Shown one piece after another: positions 37,888-47,875 of a stretch of DNA of 64,000 nt. The notes beneath the pieces were generated by a model, which was not told where the DNA came from, searched no databases, and was given only the letters and a program-made list of their open reading frames with translations. Numbering within the stretch: position 1 is the stretch's first letter; each line of letters begins with the position of its first letter. A program made the position numbers and the translations under genes. The stretch is taken from positions 64,466-128,465 of the forward strand of contig DAONGE010000002.1 in the NCBI GenBank assembly GCA_035403965.1, read 5' to 3'. This DNA comes from Candidatus Omnitrophota bacterium (GTDB taxonomy: Bacteria > Omnitrophota > Gorgyraeia > Tantalellales > Tantalellaceae).

Positions 37888-38631
37888 ATGAAAAAAGAGA
37901 TAAAAAAAATATTGAACAGTGTGAAGGTGGCGGTCGAAACAGAGAGACTGTCGGGGATACAAGATATATGTTGTTGTGGGAAGATGTCAAAACGGCAGCT
38001 TTCCTGTGGGACCCCCTCTGGAAACTATCAACTCCAAAAGGGCACGGAGGCTCCCGGGATCGCTGTTAGGTCTCTGGACGGACTTAAAGAAGTTGTTTCC
38101 GCCTGCACGCGATGCGAATTATCCAAAACTAGGAAGAACGTTGTTTTTGGGGAAGGGAATGTTAAAGCTAAACTAATGTTCGTGGGAGAAGCTCCTGGCG
38201 CCGATGAAGACGAGCAGGCGAGGCCTTTTGTGGGGCGAGCGGGGCAGCTTCTTACAAAGATCATCGAGGCGATGGGGCTCAAGAGGGAGGATGTTTTTAT
38301 CGCGAATATCCTTAAATGCCGGCCTCCGGCGAACAGAAATCCGATGCCTGGCGAGATTGCCGTATGCAGTCCGTATCTGCATAAACAGATAGAATTAATA
38401 AAACCGTCCGTGATATGTGCGCTTGGTAAGTTCTCGGCTCAGACTTTGCTCGCGACGGAAACGCCGATAACGGCGCTTCGTGGTAATTTTTATGAATATA
38501 GAGGAATAAAATTAATGCCGACTTATCATCCTGCGTATTTGTTACGGAATTCTTCCGGTAAAAAAGACGTGTGGGAAGATATGAAAAAAATAGCCAAAGA
38601 ATTGGGCATAAAGATACCGGCTCAAAAATAA
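37888..38631 (+). CDS. Uracil-DNA glycosylase family 4
   Basis: It has GEAPGADEDEQARPFVGRAGQLL, NILKCRPPANRNP and the C-terminal HPAYLLRN. Confidence 0.8.
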   Translation: MKKEIKKILNSVKVAVETERLSGIQDICCCGKMSKRQLSCGTPSGNYQLQKGTEAPGIAVRSLDGLKEVVSACTRCELSKTRKNVVFGEGNVKAKLMFVGEAPGADEDEQARPFVGRAGQLLTKIIEAMGLKREDVFIANILKCRPPANRNPMPGEIAVCSPYLHKQIELIKPSVICALGKFSAQTLLATETPITALRGNFYEYRGIKLMPTYHPAYLLRNSSGKKDVWEDMKKIAKELGIKIPAQK

Positions 38632-38635
38632 ATAT

Positions 38636-40627
38636 ATGAAATATGTTGAGGTAGTCACATCATTGCCGATAGACCGTACGTTTCAGTACGCCGTTACCGG
38701 AAGGGAAAAGTTCCCGCCGGAGGTGGGAAAGCGTGTTTCTATCCCGTTCAGGGAAATGACGCGCATCGGTTATATCGTTGAAGTGGAAGACGAGCCAAAG
38801 GTCGCGGAACCTAAACCGGTCCTTGATATAATCGACGAGAAACCAGTGTTCACAAAAGAAGCGATAGAACTCGCTAAATGGATAAAGGAACGTTATTTTT
38901 GTTCATGGGGAGAAGCTCTTGAGGCGATGATACCGAGCGCAATGAAACATGGCAAAATATCCATGACGACACGGGTCTTGGAAGAAAAGGAGATAATCGC
39001 CGCGTCGAAACCGCATGTGCCGAACGCGGAACAGGAAGAAGTCCTGCGGAAAATAAATAAATGTATTGACGAAAAGAGGCACGAGGTTTTTCTTCTCCAC
39101 GGTATAACCGGGAGCGGAAAAACCGAGGTTTATCTGCAGGCCATGGACAATGTCCTCTCCAAAGGAAAAACCGGGATCATGCTTGTGCCCGAGATCTCTC
39201 TTACTCCGCAGACCGTAGAGCGTTTTGTCTCAAGGTTCGGGGAGAGGATAGCAATATTTCATTCTAAAATGCTGGAAAGCGCGCGTTTCAATGAATGGGC
39301 GCGTATCAAAGACGGAAGGGCAAGAATAGTTGTAGGTCCGCGTTCGGCGGTTTTCAGCCCGTTCAACGATCTGGGACTCGTGGTGATAGACGAAGAGCAT
39401 GAACCGAGCTATAAACAGGAGGATGTCCCGAGATATCACGCTCGCGAAGTTGCTATAGAACGTGCTCGCGTGGCCGGGGCCCCGGTCATTTTGGGCAGCG
39501 CTACACCGTCGCTCGAGTCTTTTCATAACGCCGTGAAAGGCGAATATCATCTTGTGGAGCTTACGCAGAGAATAAAAGATTACGAATTGCCACGCGTAAA
39601 AGTGGTGGATATGCGGATGGAGCTTGATACCCGGACCGGACGTGAAGTCATATCGCGCGTAATGTCTGAGGCGTTACGTGTTGATATCGAAAAAAAACAT
39701 CAGCAGGCGATTGTTTTCCTGAACCGCCGCGGATTTTCTACGTTCGTGAACTGCAGAAAATGCGGGCATGTGATAAAATGCAAAAAATGCGATACGACCT
39801 TGGTGTATCATGAAGAAAAGAAAGAGTTGATATGTCATTATTGTAACGTACGCGTGCAACCTCTAAAAATGTGCCCCGAATGTAAAGCCGACAATCTTAT
39901 GTATGGCGGAACCGGGACGCAGAAGATAGAGTCGGAACTGAAAAATCTTATGCCCAAGGCGCGGATAGCCCGTATGGACAGTGATTCCATGGCGAAGCGC
40001 GGTGCGCATGAACGTGTTCTGAAAGAATTCAAGGAACATAAACTTGATATAATCGTAGGGACACAGATGATAGCGAAAGGGCTGGATTTTCCGAAGGTGA
40101 CGCTTGTGGGGGTTGTGTCGGCCGACGCGAATTTGAACCTGCCGGATTTCAGGTCCGGGGAACGGACGTTCGATCTTATCACGCAGGTAGCCGGCCGTGC
40201 GGGGAGAGGAGACCTTGATGGAGAGGTTGTCGTGCAGACGTATACGCCGGATAATTACGCTATAAGTTTTGCCGCGAAACATGATTATCACGGGTTTTAT
40301 GATAGGGAGATAGAAGCCAGACGTCAGCTCGGTTTCCCGCCGTTCGTAAATTTAATAAAAATAACGTTGAGGTCACGGATAGAGGACCATGTGATAAAAA
40401 ATGCCGAGAATTTGGCGCAAAGACTAATGAAAATGATTCCGGGCGTAGATCTTATAGGGCCGGCGCCTTCTCCGATGACGAAGTTAAGAGGATATTACAG
40501 GTGGAACGTAATAATCAGGACGAAGGATATATGGAAGATGAACGCAGACCTTAAAAAAGCGCTTTCTGGATTCAGGAAAAGCGCGGGGGTTTTTGTCGCG
40601 GTGGACGTGGATCCGATGAATATGTGA
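38636..40627 (+). CDS. priA: Primosomal protein N' (replication restart helicase PriA)
   Basis: It has Walker A GITGSGKTEVY, DEEHE and Cys4 zinc fingers CRKCGH...CKKCD...CHYCN...CPEC. Confidence 0.85.
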   Translation: MKYVEVVTSLPIDRTFQYAVTGREKFPPEVGKRVSIPFREMTRIGYIVEVEDEPKVAEPKPVLDIIDEKPVFTKEAIELAKWIKERYFCSWGEALEAMIPSAMKHGKISMTTRVLEEKEIIAASKPHVPNAEQEEVLRKINKCIDEKRHEVFLLHGITGSGKTEVYLQAMDNVLSKGKTGIMLVPEISLTPQTVERFVSRFGERIAIFHSKMLESARFNEWARIKDGRARIVVGPRSAVFSPFNDLGLVVIDEEHEPSYKQEDVPRYHAREVAIERARVAGAPVILGSATPSLESFHNAVKGEYHLVELTQRIKDYELPRVKVVDMRMELDTRTGREVISRVMSEALRVDIEKKHQQAIVFLNRRGFSTFVNCRKCGHVIKCKKCDTTLVYHEEKKELICHYCNVRVQPLKMCPECKADNLMYGGTGTQKIESELKNLMPKARIARMDSDSMAKRGAHERVLKEFKEHKLDIIVGTQMIAKGLDFPKVTLVGVVSADANLNLPDFRSGERTFDLITQVAGRAGRGDLDGEVVVQTYTPDNYAISFAAKHDYHGFYDREIEARRQLGFPPFVNLIKITLRSRIEDHVIKNAENLAQRLMKMIPGVDLIGPAPSPMTKLRGYYRWNVIIRTKDIWKMNADLKKALSGFRKSAGVFVAVDVDPMNM

Positions 40628-40647
40628 TAAAGCAAGGTGGGCAAAAT

Positions 40648-41583
40648 ATGAAAATAATATTTTTTGGAACAGGCAAATTCGGGATACCGACGCTCAGAAA
40701 AATACTTAACGACCAAAAGTATCATGTTGAGTTGGTTGTAACGCAGCCCGATAGCAAAAAGGGCAGGGGAATGAACGTTGTCCCGACATATGTGAAGGCG
40801 TTCATCGAGCAGGCGTCCCCGGCTACGCCTGTTTCGCAGCCGGTCGATATTAAGGATCCGAGTTTCATCAAGGAGCTTAAAACGTTCAAGGCTGATGTTT
40901 TTGTCGTTGTCGATTATGGACAGATATTAAGGAAAGAGGTCTTGGCATCCCCGGCGAAATTTTGCATAAACCTACATCCGTCTCTTCTTCCAAAATACCG
41001 CGGCGCCGCGCCCGTTAATTGGGCGATCATGAACGGTGAGACGGAGACCGGTGTGACGGTGATAAAGATGGATGAAGGCATGGATTCAGGATCGATAATG
41101 GCGCAGGAAAAGATCCGGGTTTCCGACGATGAGAACGCGGAAAGGCTTTCAGAGAGACTGTCACAAAGCGGAGCGGATCTTATCATAAAAGTGCTTGGAC
41201 AAATATCGGAAGGTAAAGAGAATTTTACGGAACAGGACGCGAAGCGGGTCTCTTTCGCGCCGCGTTTGAAAAAACAGGATGGCGAAATAGATTGGAAGGC
41301 CCCAGCGATAATGATATTTAGAAAAATTATCGCGTTACAGCCCTGGCCGGGGGCTTATACCAAGATCAATGGTAAGGCCTTGAGGGTCATCGAAGCGCGT
41401 GTTACGGCGTCTCAGGAAAATGTTCCGCCCGGAACCGTGATAAGCGAAGAAGAATTTATAGTAAAAGCCGGGGAGAACGCCATTATCCTCGATACGGTAC
41501 AGCTTGAAGGTAAGAAAACAATGTCAAAATGGGAATTCCTGCGTGGGCATAAGTTGAACAAAGGTGTAGTTTTAGGCGCCTAA
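40648..41583 (+). CDS. fmt: Methionyl-tRNA formyltransferase
   Basis: It has MKIIFFGTGKFGIPTL, NLHPSLLPKYRGAAPVNWAIMNGE and the C-terminal Fmt domain. Confidence 0.85.
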   Translation: MKIIFFGTGKFGIPTLRKILNDQKYHVELVVTQPDSKKGRGMNVVPTYVKAFIEQASPATPVSQPVDIKDPSFIKELKTFKADVFVVVDYGQILRKEVLASPAKFCINLHPSLLPKYRGAAPVNWAIMNGETETGVTVIKMDEGMDSGSIMAQEKIRVSDDENAERLSERLSQSGADLIIKVLGQISEGKENFTEQDAKRVSFAPRLKKQDGEIDWKAPAIMIFRKIIALQPWPGAYTKINGKALRVIEARVTASQENVPPGTVISEEEFIVKAGENAIILDTVQLEGKKTMSKWEFLRGHKLNKGVVLGA

Positions 41584-41696
41584 TTTCTCTCCAATGTAAA
41601 ACTCAGGCTGTATTTTAAGTCCATCCCAAGCTAAATCGCATGCCATGGTCTAGAGTGCCGAACCATGTTAACTTTAAAAAAGTTTACACTGCAATG

Positions 41697-41725
41697 TTGA
41701 CATAAAAAGTAAATTTTTATAGAAT
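41697..41725 (+). promoter_or_regulatory. Sigma70-type promoter (TTGACA-17 nt-TAGAAT)
   Basis: A consensus -35 at 41697-41702 is separated by 17 nt from the -10 at 41720-41725. It lies about 40 nt upstream of the 41764 start. Confidence 0.6.
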
Positions 41726-41763
41726 TTACATAATAAACACAAATAGAATAGGAGAACAAAGAT

Positions 41764-44700
41764 ATGACAAAGCATTTCCTTTCTTCTAACCTGCCTAAAA
41801 AAACTGTATCTGTATTTGTGGTGTTGTCATTTTTGATCGGGCAAAGTTTATTTGGTAGTGAGGTTTTTGCCAGTGTTCCACAGCAAGATTGTCTGGCTGT
41901 ACCGAATACCAGTGATGATATTGTACCTGATCAGAGCGCTGCCGTTCGTGAAGAGATAATCCATTATTTGGAACCAGGCGCGTTCGGGAAAGGTTCACCT
42001 TTGCAGGCGCTTGTAAAACATAACCTTCCGGTGTCTTCGTCAGCCGAAAAAATAAATGCCGCCAGAGAAATGCTTGCCGAGGCGACGGATATAGCGATAC
42101 ATAAAGTTTTTGAGAATGGAGACAGAGTGGCGGAATCGTATCGCCGGGTGTTAGCTATGGCTTTGGACAATCTTATAGACCTGGAAAGTCGAATTGAAAA
42201 AGATACTTATATTTTTGATGCTGTTGTGACCGGACCGAATGATTATCTTTTTGATTTCAATCTTCTTCCATATGAGACATGTTATGGGTTTTCGTTCGAA
42301 ATTGTTGATTATCTGTATCGAAGATCGCCTGAACGGCTTGCGGAGTATGTATTCCGAAAAAGTTTACCTGAACATTATCGGGAAAAAAACCAGGCGGCTG
42401 ATGTGGCTGGGCAAAATTCAGATATTGAGGAAGACAAACGCCTTTATTATGAAAAGATGTGTAATGTTGTTTTGGTGGATATATTTGGGTTGAACGAAGG
42501 GGCCGGTTTCCGCTCGGATCTGCATGGTTTTTATGAAAGCATAATGTCCGGGACAAAAGAAAATGGACAGGTATGGTTGACCCCGGATGAAGCGACGGGA
42601 TATCTTAACGATCTTCCGAATATAGGGAGTTTTGAGAAACTTAAGAAGTTTTACCACATGGCCGAAAAGGAAAAAATATCTTACACGGAATTTCTCTCGC
42701 AACTCGCCCCGGAGCTGGGTGTAATGGCGGATATCCTGAGCCGGACAAAACCGCATGATGAACTTAACGCGCTTCTTGAAAAGGGGCAGAACATAACCAT
42801 AGAACAGCTGGATATACTTCGAAGTGCGGGCGAATTCGCGCTTCAGTTCATGGCGGAAAAGCAAGGTGTTGATAATAAAGAACGACTGAAACAGATAAAA
42901 GAAACGTTTGTAAAATATCCCGAGCTGTCAAAGTATTTCATATCATATTTTGAGACAAAATTCGATCCGGAAAAAGATCTTAATGCTCGCGGTGAAGCCG
43001 CCGGGGCGATAAGGGATGAAATGGTCAAATTGATGGATCAGGCGGGGATAAATTCTGAAGATATGCAGGTGTTCTATACGACGCTCGCCATGATGGTCTC
43101 GACTGTCAGAACGAATTATTATGTCCCAAAAAGAACAGAACTTACTTTTAGGATAGAGCCCCGTACTTTGGTGCTGGTTGACAGGAGTAAAGCGCTTATC
43201 AGGACGCCGCCTACCGCCATAATATGGGTGCATGTCCCGTATGGTGTATATGGTGCCCATTCGCGGTATAGCAATGTCGCGCGCGGTGGATTAAGATTTT
43301 TAAGGCCGGAACGTACTCAATTACGCAATAAAGTGCTTTCTGAATGCGTCGCGTTGTCGTTCACGCAGCATAAAAAACATATGGATATACCCGAAGGCGG
43401 CTCTAAAGGGGCTTTTATTTGCGAGGAAGGATTGAACCCTGTCGCCGCGTCGGTAGGATATGTTGATGGTTTGATAGAGTGCATGATGCCGAATAAAAGG
43501 ATAGTGGTCGGGGCCGGAGCGTCTGCCGTTGATCCGTTGGAATTAGGGCCGGATGAGGGAACGGCTGAGTTGGCAAATCTGATAACGGTACGCGCATGGA
43601 TGCTTGGGCTTAGCGATTGGCGGCTTTTAATGACCGGTAAGGCAGACGTTCTTTTCGGGGTTTCTCATATGAAAAACGATCTGCTGGATCCGCCGGAATC
43701 AGGGAACAGGGTAACGTCGCAGGGTGTTATCACGCATGCCGTGGAAATGGCGAGATATTTAAGGGATAAAGGTGTTATAACATCCAAAGAAAATGAGCCG
43801 ATCTTTTTTTCGATGACCGGAGGTCTGGATGGGGATGTCGGCAGCGGTAATGTGGAACGGCTTATGCATCACTACGGTGAAAATGCCAGGATACGGTCGC
43901 TGGTCGATATTTCAGGAGTGATGTTCGATCCGGAAGGGTTAGATCATCAGGCGCTTTACGAGATGTATAACAAAGGGATGCGTGCGGCAAGTTTTCCAAA
44001 AGAGAAATTGCATGAAGGAGGTTTTGTGGCGCGGGCTGTATCCGGTCCGGCAGAGGATAATTATATAGAGCTTGGTGAGGCGTCGCTTAAATACATGAAT
44101 GCGCGTGCTCTCGATCCTAAAACTTTGGAAGAGCTTGGCATTGACAAAATATATAAAAAACAAGCAGGGCTTAAAGAGGATGAGCCGCTTATAACGGTGC
44201 TTGAGAGGGGCGTGAACGGGGTTCCTGTCAGAATAAAAGTTCATGGCGTTTTTCTGCGGGACGCGCTTTTCTTTCTGACAAAAGCGGATATGTTGGTGCC
44301 CGGCGGTGGGGTTAAAGACGCGATAAACGAAAAAAATTGGAAGCTTTTTATCGATGAGAATGATTCCCCGGTGACAAAAAGTATAGTTTATGGGGCTAAC
44401 GTGTTTATGGAAAAAAGCGCCGGAGATAATTTGGAAAAGTTGGGAGTTGTGATCGAACCGGATGAGAAAGCTAATTCCGTCGGCGTTGAAATTTCCAGTC
44501 GCCAGGAGATAGATTCTAACCTTTTGTTCAGAGAATCTGAGCTGACAATCGATATTAAAAAAGAGTATTTTAGGCAAGTCCTCGCGAAATGTATCGCGAA
44601 CGCGAAGGAAAAATTCTGGGCATTGAGGATTGAGGCGGAAAAACAGCCGGATGTCCCGGTGGTGACCGGTATTTCGTCAAAGATGTCAGCCGAAGTGATA

Positions 44701-45825
44701 AGGCTTACGGAATCGATATTGAACTCGCCTTTGGTCGGAGAAAGAAAAGGAGATTATTCTCCTAAAGTATTATCCTATCTGAAAGAATATTTTCCAGATC
44801 TGTCACAGGTAGATAAAGGATATTCCACTACGATAGACCGTGTGTTTGATCGTATGCCGTCCGATCGCATAAAAGCGATAGTTGCGAAGATGATAGCGAA
44901 AGATGTTGTAATGTATCTCGGTATCGATGGTATTGCCGAGGCGTGTTCCAGGGCTAAGGCCGAAGAGTTAAAGGTCATTGAGGTGTTTCTTGAATATGCT
45001 CACGTTAACGGGCTTCATAAAAAAACCAAAGAAATAGTGGATAATAAGGAAGGCTTAAGCCCGTCTGAACAGATGTCAAAGCTTAGGGCCGTTCGAGAAG
45101 AGACCATGAATAGGGTTTACGCCCTTTTCTCGGACAAAGGCGAGAGTGATATTATTAAGTATGGAAGAGATGCTGAAACGGAGCGTGTCATAAACGGGAT
45201 TATTAAAGATGTCCCACTGAGGGCAAGGATATTTCTGGTCCATCTCGCGCGGGTAACGAAAAATAGTGACACATACCATTATCTGGGGATAGAGACCGGA
45301 TCGGATAGCCATCGAGAGGCAGTGCTGTCGTCTACAGTATACAAGGCATTGAAGAAACTTCAAGACGCGCGGGATGAAAATGGTGAATTGATGTTCCCAA
45401 AGTTGATCGTCGAGATAGGGACAAGCGATGTGTTGGTGAGAAATATCGGTGAACGTATGGACAAGGGCGAATTGAGCTCGGAGCAGGTCTTTATAAGCGC
45501 CTTGAGATCAAGCGTGGAGCATGCCGCATTTAAGAGCATTGAGGGAAGCGCTTGGATAGCGGCGATTGATGATTCAACCGGCATGAATTATATACCGGTC
45601 GTTGAGGCGGCTATTATCAATATGATGGCATATAGAGGCGCTGGATTGGCGCAGATAAAGAAGATCTATGACTCTATATCTAAAGAGCCTAAGACAATAC
45701 AAGAACTTGAAGATATGATAACAAAACGCGTGATATCCATTATCCCTAAAAGTGTTCCGATCAATTATGATGTGATGCGCGACATTTGTGATCTTATGGC
45801 TAAACAGATCGATTCGGCCGCGTAA
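41764..45825 (+). CDS. Large (1353-aa) protein with an N-terminal signal peptide/TM and a C-terminal region resembling glutamate dehydrogenase (ELFV/Bac_GDH-like) catalytic and NAD-binding domains
   Basis: GDH-like blocks are NVARGGLRF, DIPEGGSKG, the Rossmann motif GGLDGDVGSGNV, KADMLVPGG and IVYGANVFM...LGVVIEPDEKANSVGVEISSRQE (cf. EGAN.P.T.EA..IL..RG..PD..ANAGGV.VSYFE). The N-terminus is hydrophobic. Confidence 0.5.
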   Translation: MTKHFLSSNLPKKTVSVFVVLSFLIGQSLFGSEVFASVPQQDCLAVPNTSDDIVPDQSAAVREEIIHYLEPGAFGKGSPLQALVKHNLPVSSSAEKINAAREMLAEATDIAIHKVFENGDRVAESYRRVLAMALDNLIDLESRIEKDTYIFDAVVTGPNDYLFDFNLLPYETCYGFSFEIVDYLYRRSPERLAEYVFRKSLPEHYREKNQAADVAGQNSDIEEDKRLYYEKMCNVVLVDIFGLNEGAGFRSDLHGFYESIMSGTKENGQVWLTPDEATGYLNDLPNIGSFEKLKKFYHMAEKEKISYTEFLSQLAPELGVMADILSRTKPHDELNALLEKGQNITIEQLDILRSAGEFALQFMAEKQGVDNKERLKQIKETFVKYPELSKYFISYFETKFDPEKDLNARGEAAGAIRDEMVKLMDQAGINSEDMQVFYTTLAMMVSTVRTNYYVPKRTELTFRIEPRTLVLVDRSKALIRTPPTAIIWVHVPYGVYGAHSRYSNVARGGLRFLRPERTQLRNKVLSECVALSFTQHKKHMDIPEGGSKGAFICEEGLNPVAASVGYVDGLIECMMPNKRIVVGAGASAVDPLELGPDEGTAELANLITVRAWMLGLSDWRLLMTGKADVLFGVSHMKNDLLDPPESGNRVTSQGVITHAVEMARYLRDKGVITSKENEPIFFSMTGGLDGDVGSGNVERLMHHYGENARIRSLVDISGVMFDPEGLDHQALYEMYNKGMRAASFPKEKLHEGGFVARAVSGPAEDNYIELGEASLKYMNARALDPKTLEELGIDKIYKKQAGLKEDEPLITVLERGVNGVPVRIKVHGVFLRDALFFLTKADMLVPGGGVKDAINEKNWKLFIDENDSPVTKSIVYGANVFMEKSAGDNLEKLGVVIEPDEKANSVGVEISSRQEIDSNLLFRESELTIDIKKEYFRQVLAKCIANAKEKFWALRIEAEKQPDVPVVTGISSKMSAEVIRLTESILNSPLVGERKGDYSPKVLSYLKEYFPDLSQVDKGYSTTIDRVFDRMPSDRIKAIVAKMIAKDVVMYLGIDGIAEACSRAKAEELKVIEVFLEYAHVNGLHKKTKEIVDNKEGLSPSEQMSKLRAVREETMNRVYALFSDKGESDIIKYGRDAETERVINGIIKDVPLRARIFLVHLARVTKNSDTYHYLGIETGSDSHREAVLSSTVYKALKKLQDARDENGELMFPKLIVEIGTSDVLVRNIGERMDKGELSSEQVFISALRSSVEHAAFKSIEGSAWIAAIDDSTGMNYIPVVEAAIINMMAYRGAGLAQIKKIYDSISKEPKTIQELEDMITKRVISIIPKSVPINYDVMRDICDLMAKQIDSAA

Positions 45826-45877
45826 TATCCGCCAGTCAGGTATGGTATTTTATGCCCCATGGCCCGGTATTTTTCTG

Positions 45878-45906
45878 TTGCATATTCAGGAACAGAAGTA
45901 TATAAT
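45878..45906 (+). promoter_or_regulatory. Sigma70-type promoter (TTGCAT-17 nt-TATAAT) for gap
   Basis: The -35 lies at 45878-45883 and the -10 at 45901-45906, with an RBS AGGAGG before the ATG at 45986. Confidence 0.6.
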
Positions 45907-45910
45907 TTGA

Positions 45911-47050
<1,140 letters not shown>

Positions 47051-47075
47051 TAGCCTGTAAAATAGGGTGTTTGAA

Positions 47076-47108
47076 GGGGCGGTTCATCGGGAACCGCCCC
47101 TTTTTATT
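47076..47108 (+). terminator. Rho-independent terminator after gap
   Basis: A 10-bp GC stem (ggggcggttc/gaaccgcccc) with loop atcgg is followed by TTTTTATTT. Confidence 0.8.
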
Positions 47109-47146
47109 TAGTGGTCGGTTATTTTCGGATTTGTGGTCAGCTTGCA

Positions 47147-47352
47147 GTATAAAGTCCGAACGGTAAGATCCCTTCCCCCAAAATTTTTTAACGTATTTTT
47201 TATCGCTTTTCAGGGGGCATGCAAAAACTCGCCCCCCATGTGTTCCTATATCCGTCGGGGCTCAGACATTTGCATGCCTGTTTCCCTGAAAAGCTCAAAA
47301 AATACTAAAATTTTGAAGGGGCCCCTTGGATCTTGCCGTTTGGACTTTATTC
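47147..47352. repeat. Long imperfect palindrome (about 205 bp, MITE-like / long hairpin) element 1
   Basis: The outer arms gtataaagtccgaacggtaagatcc (47147-) and ggatcttgccgtttggactttat (-47350) are near-perfect reverse complements. Inner arm segments also match, with the centre near 47250. Confidence 0.55.
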
Positions 47353-47484
47353 CGCACCAGAACCCCCCAAACTCCGGTTGGGGGGTGAATAGGGATGCCG
47401 AACACATGGTGTTCGATGCGGGATTCCGCAATAAAAAGGAACTGCAGATTCCTGTTCGAGGGGCTCCATGATATGCGATGAGGT

Positions 47485-47718
47485 GGGGAGAAGGTTCAAT
47501 TTTGAAGTGAATACGATTTTCCCAAGAATTTTTTGACAATTTTGGGAACCCTTGGAATGGAAATGACAAGGGCGGCGAGGACTGTTTGAGGTTTAACGGG
47601 GTATGTGTTCTGCTAAAGAACATATATCCCGTTAAACCGAGTTCCGCAGACGCCAAAATTGGCGAGAAATTCTTGGGAAAAGAAAATCGTCTGAACGAAA
47701 AAATTGAACCTTCTCCCC
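47485..47718. repeat. Long imperfect palindrome (about 235 bp, MITE-like / long hairpin) element 2
   Basis: The outer arms are ggggagaaggttcaatttt...cgattttcccaagaatttt and gagaaattcttgggaaaagaaaatcg...aaaattgaaccttctcccc. A central 21-bp hairpin lies at 47590-47638. Confidence 0.55.
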
Positions 47719-47875
47719 ATTCGGCGGAAGAAAAGGCAAAATGGACAAAAGGGGGGGGACTATGGGCAAAAAACCTTTGCCTAAAGGGCGGAAGTATGCT
47801 ATAAATATTGACCTACGCAAGGGGCTTTTTCTGTGTAAAAACATTGCATAGCCCTATAATAATGGAGGGGGAAAC

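Noticed and set aside
41584-41696. Small hairpin catggt...accatg downstream of fmt
   Set aside because: The stem is only 6 bp and has no T-run, so it is too weak to call a terminator or regulatory element.
47146-47165. Possible RNase P RNA P4-like motif (aaagtccg) in the gap-pgk spacer
   Set aside because: Only a short fragment matches (GGAAAGUCCGGGC is not present in full). The motif is instead the terminal arm of a long inverted repeat, and no other RNase P conserved regions were found.
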